Translations under genes and position numbers: made by a program
The notes under the pieces: model-generated
The model's input: the letters and a program-made list of their open reading frames with translations, nothing else
Databases searched by the model: none
What the model was told of the DNA's origin: nothing
Part shown: piece after piece, positions 28,368 through 35,784 of the stretch
Position numbering within the stretch: position 1 is the first letter of the stretch
How the letters are laid out: every line of letters starts with the position of its first letter
Virus record (IMG/VR): IMGVR_UViG_3300046092_000227
Span: 1-51,371 of that record
Strand: one strand, 5' to 3'
Source of the DNA: a virus
Lineage: Duplodnaviria; Caudoviricetes
Length of the DNA stretch: 51,371 nt

Positions 28368-28686
28368 TAATTTTGTATTTTTTTTCTTGGTGATCAAAGA
28401 TGATAATGTTTTTTTGAATTAAATCATAAGATATTTCTTCAAGTTGACAATGTAAGTTTCGATGTTCGCTCATATTAGCACAAAGAACGAGATTATCAAT
28501 AGAGTTGTTTAATAAGGTTCGAAAAAGAAATATTCGCTTATTAGCTGCATAATTGCATCATTGATTTGTTCTTTGATAAAGAACTCGTTTGGATTGGGGT
28601 CATGTTTAAATGCGCGATTGTAACCTAAAGCGGTTCCTTTCTCTACGCAATCAGAGATAATTAGATAATAGTTTGGTTTCATAATT

Positions 28687-29268
28687 TTAGGTCCAAAAAT
28701 ACTCGCGGTAATCAATCATTTGTTTTAAAATGTTAGCGTCTGTTTCCGAGATAAGAAGATTCATTTTGTTCATTTCTCCATAGAGTTCGTTATAGGATTT
28801 GCCTTTTAAATGATTTGGAAGAGGACGCGGAGGATAAAGAGCGTCTGCTTGAGCTTCGCAATTTGGTCTGCCAACAGTAATCCAATGATAGGAAGAGTCA
28901 AGCCAATTCTTAAATTCGCGATGTTTTTCTGTTCCATCCCAATCAACGTAAGATTTATCAGCTTCTTTCTTGAAGCTAGCAATCATTGCGAAATTAACAT
29001 CTACAATAAGACTGCTAATATCGGCCCATGTTTTAGGGATAGCTTTGCGAATTTCTTGGTGCTTGGGCTTGAAGAAACACTTTACTTTGCAAACGAGATC
29101 GTCCCACTTCCATTTGAAGCCATAAAACCAATAATAAACATCTTCTCGCAGCCAATATTGGAAAGGATATTTTTCCTTGGTTTCTTTTTTCCAAGATTCC
29201 CAGTCATCGAAAGACAAGCTATACGGAGTATCGTAGATTAAGGACTTTTTTTTATTGCTGAGTTTCAT
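28687..29268 (-). CDS. Conserved phage protein
   Basis: Trp-rich ORF ending REYFWT; start moved. Confidence 0.65.
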   Translation of the reverse strand: MKLSNKKKSLIYDTPYSLSFDDWESWKKETKEKYPFQYWLREDVYYWFYGFKWKWDDLVCKVKCFFKPKHQEIRKAIPKTWADISSLIVDVNFAMIASFKKEADKSYVDWDGTEKHREFKNWLDSSYHWITVGRPNCEAQADALYPPRPLPNHLKGKSYNELYGEMNKMNLLISETDANILKQMIDYREYFWT

Positions 29269-29475
29269 TATTTGATCCTGAAGAAATTTTTTGTTCAATA
29301 CCTTTGATAAATAGTTCATAAAGTTTTTCTAGTAGTTCTTTTGAGCTTGTATTGTATTCTTGAAAAATTGGTTTGTCAAGATTATTCCTGTCTATTCCGA
29401 TAATAACGTAATCAGTAATTAAAGTATTGAGGTGTTCTTTGGCGCAGATTAAGGCGAACTTTTGGGAAATATCGG

Positions 29476-29967
29476 TCACTTTTTGTATTGTTTGATTTTC
29501 TTTAACGAGCGACAACGTATCACATGAACCGCAGCATTGTCAATTCCAAATTTAGCCGCTGTTTCATTTGTTTTTTTGCCGTGAATAAAATGATCGCTAA
29601 AAATCTCGTAATCGCGTGGCTTGAGAACTTTGGAGGCATACCTGAAGATTTCAATTGGAAAGCGTTTTTTGGGCGCTTTCTCACGATCTGGAAGGGTGTC
29701 CAAGTTATTATCTTCTCCAATTGTAGAGAATGTTTCAGTGTGACGCTTTTTCTTATCCAGTAAATCTTTTGAACGCCAATTAACTAATTGGACTGCATAA
29801 GCTGTAGTGTTCTTTGATAAATCAATTTTATCGGCGGAAAATTTTTTCCACAAAGAAATTGTTGTATCTTGTATAACATCTTCGGAGTCGTCATAGTTTA
29901 AACCGTGATTTTTTGTCACAGATTTAAATAATGGAATAAGCGGTGAAATAAATTCTTCGAATGTCAT
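29476..29967 (-). CDS. ECF-type sigma-70 factor
   Basis: Region 2 GLNYDDSEDVIQDTTISLW...WRSKDLL; region 4 RDYEIF...G....ETAAKFGI...AVHVIRCR. Confidence 0.8.
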   Translation of the reverse strand: MTFEEFISPLIPLFKSVTKNHGLNYDDSEDVIQDTTISLWKKFSADKIDLSKNTTAYAVQLVNWRSKDLLDKKKRHTETFSTIGEDNNLDTLPDREKAPKKRFPIEIFRYASKVLKPRDYEIFSDHFIHGKKTNETAAKFGIDNAAVHVIRCRSLKKIKQYKK

Positions 29968-30059
29968 ATCGACTTAAAGATTTGAAATGGTTGTTTCAAG
30001 CTGCTCTACTGTTTTTTTTGAAGACATATTATGGGTGGTGTTTACAAGTGTAATATTTA

Positions 30060-30974
30060 ATGAAAATGAACTCAGGAATATATCGCATCACAAATATTAT
30101 TAATGGCAAATTTTATGTTGGTCAAACCATAGACTTGATCGCAAGAAAGTCAAGTCATTTTGTCTATCTTCGAGGAAATAACCATCACAACCCAAAATTA
30201 CAGGCCGCTTATAATAAGTATGGGGCCGAAGCATTTGTTTTTGAGGCTTTAGAAAGAGTTGATCGTATTAATCTAGCCGAAAGAGAGGCTTTTTGGGTAA
30301 CAAAACTGAACGCAATTGAGCTTGGTTATAATATTAAAGAAGGCGGGAGACTTGGCGGAAAACCTGGGAAAGTATTTGAATGGAAAAATTTATGTACAGG
30401 AGAAGAAATTAACTCAAGCATACCAGATTTAGCCAGAAAAGAAGGTCTTAATGATAAATTATTTTATGATGTTGTTTATGGTAAATGTAGGACCGCTTAT
30501 GGCTGGACTTTAAAATCCAATACAGACATAACGAAAGCTAGAATTCAAAAAAGGGTATTTCTTTCTATTAAGAATCATGTCACTGGAGAAATTTATGAGA
30601 ATTTATCAGTTAAAGAAGCAACTGAATTAACTGGGAGAAGTTCGTCGGCAATTACTTGTTTAGCTCGCGGCCAATACAAAAGGTCTGGAGATTGGGTATT
30701 AATTGATTACGACCCAGCTCAGTTTAACAAGAAAAAGTCATTTAAACACAGCGAACATTTTAAACATGCCGTATCTAGGTGGAGATTGACCATTCTCGAT
30801 TCATTAACAGGAAAAACCTATGCAGATTATAGAACTGGTCAATTAACTGAACTTACTGGAATTCCAACTAAACGCTGGTTAGAACTTGCCTCTGGCCGAA
30901 AAAAGACTTTACGAAATAGATATTCTTTAGTTTCCTCCTTTAGAATTGAGAAAGCTTCTCCTCAAGTTCCATAA
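30060..30974 (+). CDS. GIY-YIG homing endonuclease with repeated C-terminal DNA-binding modules
   Basis: SGIYRITNIINGKFYVGQT, H.N..LQ.AYNKYG and RE..W...GYN, followed by three TGE/TGK-initiated helical repeats. Free-standing and opposite in orientation to its neighbours. Confidence 0.9.
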   Translation: MKMNSGIYRITNIINGKFYVGQTIDLIARKSSHFVYLRGNNHHNPKLQAAYNKYGAEAFVFEALERVDRINLAEREAFWVTKLNAIELGYNIKEGGRLGGKPGKVFEWKNLCTGEEINSSIPDLARKEGLNDKLFYDVVYGKCRTAYGWTLKSNTDITKARIQKRVFLSIKNHVTGEIYENLSVKEATELTGRSSSAITCLARGQYKRSGDWVLIDYDPAQFNKKKSFKHSEHFKHAVSRWRLTILDSLTGKTYADYRTGQLTELTGIPTKRWLELASGRKKTLRNRYSLVSSFRIEKASPQVP

Positions 30975-31146
30975 CTCTTTTTTTTGAAAACCATACTTGT
31001 TTTTCGGGACTGATAAAAATACCGTCTATTGTATGAACGATAGTTCCTTTGTCAATTATTAAAACTTCTGGTTGATATATAGTTTTATTAACTCGCCTTG
31101 TTTCGCAAGACGTTAATAGGAGAGATGTTAAGATTAGGTATTTCAT
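30940..31146 (-). CDS. Lipoprotein, o-spanin-like
   Basis: MKYLILTSLLLTSC lipobox; downstream of the endolysin and the i-spanin-like gene. Confidence 0.65.
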   Translation of the reverse strand: MKYLILTSLLLTSCETRRVNKTIYQPEVLIIDKGTIVHTIDGIFISPEKQVWFSKKRVMELEEKLSQF

Positions 31147-31154
31147 ATTGTATA

Positions 31155-31412
31155 TTAACCTTGTTTGTTTTCGCTGTCAAGTTGTTGTTTCCAGATTTTC
31201 ATCTTTTTTTTCTCTTCCACAATTTCATCCAGTAAACGAGTGGCTTCTTCTTGAGAAGCGGAATTATTTTCGGCTCTTAATTTTCTTCGCCGCTCATCTA
31301 ATTTATCAATGCGGGAATCAAATTTATCAAGAGTATCAAGTGTTGTGTTTTTTATACACAGCTTTAAATATTGAACGCAGAGTTCTAGCAGAAGATTGAT
31401 TATAGTTAGCAT
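31155..31412 (-). CDS. i-spanin-like protein
   Basis: Start moved to MLTIINLLLEL (after the tRNA); hydrophobic N-terminus followed by a coiled coil. Confidence 0.55.
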   Translation of the reverse strand: MLTIINLLLELCVQYLKLCIKNTTLDTLDKFDSRIDKLDERRRKLRAENNSASQEEATRLLDEIVEEKKKMKIWKQQLDSENKQG

Positions 31413-31428
31413 ATTGATCAATAACAAA

Positions 31429-31504
31429 TGGCAACGGGCTAAGAAATCGAATCTTACACAGTCGGATTTGGAGTCCAACTCGCCACCTTGGAACATGGCC
31501 CGTT
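31429..31504 (-). tRNA. tRNA-Trp (CCA)
   Basis: AACGGGC...TTGGA-CTCCAAA-TCCGA...TAAGA-TTCGATT-TCTTA-GCCCGTT-G-CCA, 76 nt. The D stem is weak and G-U rich, and position 8 is C. Confidence 0.88.
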
Positions 31505-31514
31505 ATTTAAAAAA

Positions 31515-31697
31515 TGAAACTAGGGCGGGACTTGCACCCACTGTAGGCTATGAATTATCAGTTTCACTCCATTCCTAGCGAATGCCGCTCTAAAACTCCC
31601 CCGCGAATGCACAGGGGTTGACGCTGTTTTAGACTTCCTATGCTTCGATTCACGCGTAACGTAAACCAGCAAACTCGTCGGCTAGCGAAGCACGGCA
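31515..31697 (-). ncRNA. Candidate structured ncRNA ending in a tRNA-like module
   Basis: GC-rich island with several nested helices and a T-arm-like GTGGG-TGCAAGT-CCCGC; see findings. Confidence 0.55.
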
Positions 31698-31705
31698 AAA
31701 TCTTT

Positions 31706-31900
31706 TTAAACCAGCGAAGAAGATGTTCGCCGATATTGACCTTTTTTAAAGATATTAGACCATCGGCGATTATTATTTTGTTGCTCTTGCCAAGTATCAG
31801 CAATAGCGGCTGAAGATGTTGCGCCACGATCACAAAGATTTTTGCGGATATTGGCGAGGCGATTTTCTTGGTAAGACCAGTTGATTAGTAGGGATTTCAT
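31706..31900 (-). CDS. Leader-peptide-like ORF (64 aa, 3 Trp)
   Basis: First ORF after the promoter TTGACG-N17-TAAAGT; its 3' part forms alternative hairpins. Confidence 0.45.
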   Translation of the reverse strand: MKSLLINWSYQENRLANIRKNLCDRGATSSAAIADTWQEQQNNNRRWSNIFKKGQYRRTSSSLV

Positions 31901-31936
31901 TTTGGGTATTTGGTTGTTTTATCGAAGGATTTAACT

Positions 31937-32107
31937 TTACATGGGAATTTCATCTTCGTCAAGCAAAAACTTTTGGTCGTCGATTTCTTTTATTACTTTG
32001 CCATTAATTTGAAAGGCCGCTTGTTTGGCTAGCTTTTCAGCATCTTTTAGGTTGCCATCGTAAGTGGCAGTCCACTCGTCGTTAAGGTAAACGTGGTATT
32101 TAGTCAT
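31937..32107 (-). CDS. Hypothetical protein
   Basis: Start moved to MTKYHVYL, directly after the endolysin stop. Confidence 0.55.
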   Translation of the reverse strand: MTKYHVYLNDEWTATYDGNLKDAEKLAKQAAFQINGKVIKEIDDQKFLLDEDEIPM

Positions 32108-32108
32108 G

Positions 32109-32669
32109 TTATTTTGTACTTTGAAAATGCATTGCGTCTCTCGACCAAAAGGCTCCAGCGGATAACCATCCTTCTTTTGCAAAAGCCTCCATAACTTCAA
32201 ATGGCATTGTAGCTTTCATTGGCCAATTTACAAGATTGCCATTTTTATCAGGATAAAAATCAACTGCCGCACCGCGAGCATGAAGGCTAGGAAGACTTCC
32301 CCCTCTCATAGCTCGGTTATTAAAACAACCAGAATATTGTGCTAAAATTTCTGGATGTGTTTTGGATAATGACTGTAGAATTCTAAGCAATGAGGCTGAA
32401 ATCTTTTGATTGCATCTAATTGTTTTGACTGCTTTTCCTTCGTACTTAAGACCTAGACCGACTACGTTTAAGTTTGTTAATTTGCTCTCGTCTCCAGCTT
32501 CACCAAAAAACTTAGTTAGCGATGTTTGATCCGTTGATGGCCAAGGATTAGGGTTTGGCATCAAAGATCGAAGATATTTTTGACATGCGGCAATTGATTT
32601 TGGCCCCCAGAATCCATCTGGAGTTACGCCAATTTTTGATTGGATTGATTTAATTTGATTTGTTGTCAT
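32109..32669 (-). CDS. M15-family peptidoglycan peptidase endolysin with N-terminal PG-binding motif
   Basis: IQSKIGVTPDGFWGPKS (PG-binding), R.MRGG..PSLHARGAAVD (SxHxxGxAxD) and DAMHFQ. Confidence 0.9.
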   Translation of the reverse strand: MTTNQIKSIQSKIGVTPDGFWGPKSIAACQKYLRSLMPNPNPWPSTDQTSLTKFFGEAGDESKLTNLNVVGLGLKYEGKAVKTIRCNQKISASLLRILQSLSKTHPEILAQYSGCFNNRAMRGGSLPSLHARGAAVDFYPDKNGNLVNWPMKATMPFEVMEAFAKEGWLSAGAFWSRDAMHFQSTK

Positions 32670-32772
32670 ATTATTTTAGAAATATTTATGAAAGATTTGC
32701 TGTACCCAGCTTAAAAAACTTAATGCTGCCAATATTATTAACGCAGCAGTATCGAAAGCTCTATCAATTAAT

Positions 32773-32970
32773 TTATTTTTCAAATTTTACAAACCCCTTC
32801 TTTTCTCTAAGTGAGATGTATTCTAGCCATGACATTTTTTCTGTCAAGGTGATTTTTTTATCAGCAAAGATTTGTTGGTATTTTGCCAGCGTTTTAACCG
32901 AATCGGCGGTTAAAATAGTTGCTCCAGAAAGCAGAATTGCCCAGATGAGATTTTTGAAATTAAAGAACAT
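32773..32970 (-). CDS. Small membrane protein
   Basis: N-terminal hydrophobic segment. Confidence 0.5.
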   Translation of the reverse strand: MFFNFKNLIWAILLSGATILTADSVKTLAKYQQIFADKKITLTEKMSWLEYISLREKKGFVKFEK

Positions 32971-32972
32971 TT

Positions 32973-33209
32973 TTATGATAATTGAATTGCTACTCGACCT
33001 ACGGAATCTCCATCTTGAAGGATGCCGTGGATTTGAACATTGTCTTGGATAATGCAGCCCTTAATATCCAAAAGAAAGGACTTTTGTTCGGCCTCAATAA
33101 AAATTTGGTGCATATCTTCGCCAATATGATGAATAGAACAATCAAAAGTCTTATCTCTTAAATGTTCAGTTGCGTGATTAGTGCCGATAAATGTAATTTT
33201 AGTAATCAT
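32973..33209 (-). CDS. Hypothetical protein
   Basis: 78 aa ORF coupled to the sulfotransferase stop. Confidence 0.6.
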   Translation of the reverse strand: MITKITFIGTNHATEHLRDKTFDCSIHHIGEDMHQIFIEAEQKSFLLDIKGCIIQDNVQIHGILQDGDSVGRVAIQLS

Positions 33210-33868
33210 ATTGTTTGTGAATAATCTAGATGTTCGAAATCATTATGGAATAATTCTAGAACGATTTGACGCTCTGTTTCTCCATAGTATTCTCTCCAAT
33301 CTTTGTGCTGTGTTGAGTTTTCATGGGGTAAAGTATCAGGTAATCCGCAGATGTCAAATTGTTTTATCATTTTTTTCCAATCTGCCTGTAGTTTTTCAAA
33401 TTTTATAATGTATTTTAGCGGCCTAAAATGAGAGAACTCTGTTTGTTTAATTACTGGCCAAAAGTTTTTATCGTCCTTTTTTTTGTATAGAAGTTCACAC
33501 CAGTCACTAAATTTTCCGTCATCTGGAACTCCATATAATTTACCCCATCCTTTTCCGCGAGAAAAACTCCACTGCGAGACTTGCTTATCAAATGGATTTC
33601 TTACGCAGGTAAAAGAAAAAAAATTCTCTAATGCTCTGTAGCCGAAGATTCTTGCTGCTTCCTCTGGAAGGGCGTGAGATGGATCGAATAATCCTTGATA
33701 CTTTTTATTGCCACGAAGTTTTTCGTCAAGAACTTTTTTTTCGCGCCAAAATAAATTTCTCTCTCGTAAAGCGGCGTAAATAGATGAGGATGCACATTTT
33801 GGATTACGATAATATACAATCGTATTAATGAATGGTTTGCCGATTAACTGGCTAAGTGGATTAATCAT
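33206..33868 (-). CDS. Sulfotransferase family 2 (carbohydrate sulfotransferase-like)
   Basis: 5'-PSB motif RNPKCASSS, 3'-PB motif FTCVRNPFDKQVS, IIKFEKL..D, LPHEN and DFEHLDY; start moved to MINPL. Confidence 0.85.
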   Translation of the reverse strand: MINPLSQLIGKPFINTIVYYRNPKCASSSIYAALRERNLFWREKKVLDEKLRGNKKYQGLFDPSHALPEEAARIFGYRALENFFSFTCVRNPFDKQVSQWSFSRGKGWGKLYGVPDDGKFSDWCELLYKKKDDKNFWPVIKQTEFSHFRPLKYIIKFEKLQADWKKMIKQFDICGLPDTLPHENSTQHKDWREYYGETERQIVLELFHNDFEHLDYSQTI

Positions 33869-34068
33869 TATCCCCAAAATTTCTGAACTTGTGGCGTGTA
33901 TCTGCGTATTTATAATAACAAACGCATACATAACAACTTCCAATAACTAATGGAATAGTGCCCCATGTCTTTTCCAAAAGATAAGGTATCATGCTTATTA
34001 AATGCACCCAATGACTGTATAAAGCTAGTTTTTCCCAGCGTTGGAGTTTTTCTTTTAGTTGTTTAAAA

Positions 34069-34338
34069 TTATTCATTTGGCCAAATAAAAATGTGTTTTG
34101 TTTTTTCTTTAAACTCTTCCAGACTCATGTATCCGTCAAAAGGTTTTCCGCAGTCTTGCCTATCAATCAAATCGCCGTCAATCGCCCCATCCTCTGTTAA
34201 GTCACCAGTTTTGCTGATATAAACGCGAAGATAGCCATGCCTATAACGACCGTAGATTCTTCTATTGTCATTTGTTAATGCGTCGATTTGAAAAGGGCAA
34301 GCGCCGCCGTAATTTAAAATTTTAATTACTTCAATCAT
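34069..34338 (-). CDS. Conserved phage protein
   Basis: ACPFQ...YGRYRHGYL. Confidence 0.7.
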   Translation of the reverse strand: MIEVIKILNYGGACPFQIDALTNDNRRIYGRYRHGYLRVYISKTGDLTEDGAIDGDLIDRQDCGKPFDGYMSLEEFKEKTKHIFIWPNE

Positions 34339-34340
34339 AA

Positions 34341-34715
34341 TTAATAATTTCTTGTTTGTCGGTCAATTCTTTTCCATTCTTCCTCTTCGTATTTGCGAAT
34401 GGTTTGCTTTTGGCGTTCAATTGTTTGTTCCAAGTCCTCGATTGTTTTTTTCGCCACTTCCGAACTACGTTTGGAAACTTCTCGACGAGCAATATCAAGT
34501 GCGTACATTGGTTTTGCATTCTGTCCACAAGCAGTTGTGCCAGCAAACATATTTTCAGTCCACCCATCAAGAATTTGATCTACCACATGCTTAATCACAG
34601 CCTCGTCACACGATAAACTTTCAATCAATTCCACGCGAGTTTCGTCTTTAGCGCATTCAAGTAGGGAATGAAGGTCGAATTCAAGTTTTCCGTCTTTATT
34701 GTATTTTAATTCCAT
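34341..34715 (-). CDS. Hypothetical protein
   Basis: 124 aa ORF with a C-terminal coiled coil. Confidence 0.65.
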   Translation of the reverse strand: MELKYNKDGKLEFDLHSLLECAKDETRVELIESLSCDEAVIKHVVDQILDGWTENMFAGTTACGQNAKPMYALDIARREVSKRSSEVAKKTIEDLEQTIERQKQTIRKYEEEEWKRIDRQTRNY

Positions 34716-34730
34716 AGTGTTTTTATACTG

Positions 34731-35258
34731 TTAAGGATTTTTGGGCCATATTGAATGTTGTATCTGTCTAAGGTCTTCGGTTTTAATGAGACTAAGTAAA
34801 TCTCGTCGTCCGAATCTCTTATATCCACAATACAACGCTTTTTTTGCAGAGTCAACCTTTTTTTCTAAATCACACAGTTTTTCCGACAAATCCTTCAGGT
34901 CTTTTCTTCCAACAAGAAGAAATTCATTTTCAAGCTCAAACGCAATGTGAGAGCATCCGCCTTCTTTTGTTAACCACCCCTCTCCGCCATGGCCGTTGAG
35001 AAATTCCAGCCAAATCACTGAATAATCTACCGATTCGTCCGTTCTTTTTTTTCTTTTCGCTCCTTTTACATCGACTCTCCACTCTTTCCCATCTTTATTC
35101 AAGATGAAGTCAACATGAGAAAACTGCTCTTCGCGGCCAGCGATTCTCAAAGAATAGCCTTTTTTTTCGGCTAATTGTTTAAAAATTACCTCCGCTGAAA
35201 AGCCCATTTCTGAGCAGTCGTGGTTGTCAAGGTTGTGTTTAAATTTTTTATGTTCCAT
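34731..35258 (-). CDS. PD-(D/E)xK nuclease
   Basis: G..AE..F...HVDF...VDVKG...IWLEF....G..GW. Confidence 0.75.
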   Translation of the reverse strand: MEHKKFKHNLDNHDCSEMGFSAEVIFKQLAEKKGYSLRIAGREEQFSHVDFILNKDGKEWRVDVKGAKRKKRTDESVDYSVIWLEFLNGHGGEGWLTKEGGCSHIAFELENEFLLVGRKDLKDLSEKLCDLEKKVDSAKKALYCGYKRFGRRDLLSLIKTEDLRQIQHSIWPKNP

Positions 35259-35755
35259 TATATAGAGAATAATCCTTGACTTTCCTTGAATCCTAGTTTA
35301 TAACAATAATTCTTGAATTCTTCACCCTTCCACAGTCTGCGAATGTTCATTGCAATAAAATTACATCCTTTGTGTTTTTTATAAGCCTCAACTAAAATTT
35401 TAAAATCTTTTAAATCGGCCCATGGTTTTTTGGAATTTGATCCTGCGATTACTAATTCAATTGTTCTCTCTTGGAAATCTCCCTCCAAGCTCCAATTTTG
35501 AGGGTCAAAAAGAACAAAGCCAGTTAGGTTTCCGTTTTCAATTCTTAAGGCTAGATCCTTTTCCATAGTAAAAGAAGATCGGAAATAGTCCGAAATTTTC
35601 TTTTGCCTTTCAGAAAGTTGTCCATTAAATTCTGGCAATGGATTTCTTTTTAGGCAGAAATCCAAAAAGAGGGGCCAAACTTTTTCTCTAGTACTAATTA
35701 GTTCTTGATTTGAAATCAAGAACCATTCTGGGTTTTTATGGTGTAAAACAGTCAC
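35258..35755 (-). CDS. Possible GNAT-fold protein
   Basis: ENGNLTGFVLF strand and C-terminal YCYKLGFKE; weak evidence. Confidence 0.5.
   Translation of the reverse strand: MTVLHHKNPEWFLISNQELISTREKVWPLFLDFCLKRNPLPEFNGQLSERQKKISDYFRSSFTMEKDLALRIENGNLTGFVLFDPQNWSLEGDFQERTIELVIAGSNSKKPWADLKDFKILVEAYKKHKGCNFIAMNIRRLWKGEEFKNYCYKLGFKESQGLFSI
35741..35746 (+). promoter_or_regulatory. Putative late-promoter hexamer GTGTAA heading the tail operon
   Basis: The same hexamer precedes several counter-oriented or structural genes (7436, 11607 on the minus strand, 30048, 37114, 49902). Confidence 0.55.
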
Positions 35756-35784
35756 AGGTTGCTATTATATACTAACCAAGGATC

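Noticed and set aside
30060-30974. GIY-YIG gene as part of a group I intron
   Set aside because: It is antisense to the flanking genes, interrupts no conserved ORF and leaves no room for an intron core.
31155-31496. Long 113 aa version of the spanin-like ORF
   Set aside because: Its first 28 codons run through tRNA-Trp; the ATG at 31412 is preferred.
31515-31697. Cobalamin or FMN riboswitch, tmRNA or RNase P identity for the structured RNA
   Set aside because: Only the T-loop-like GGTGCAAGTCC is shared. The other conserved boxes, a tag ORF and the GGGG...CCACCA ends are absent.
534-35000. Numerous plus-strand ORFs of 60-180 aa in the early region (e.g. 6441-6806, 15592-16143, 28810-29241)
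   Set aside because: They are antisense shadows of well-supported minus-strand genes and have no motifs or promoters.
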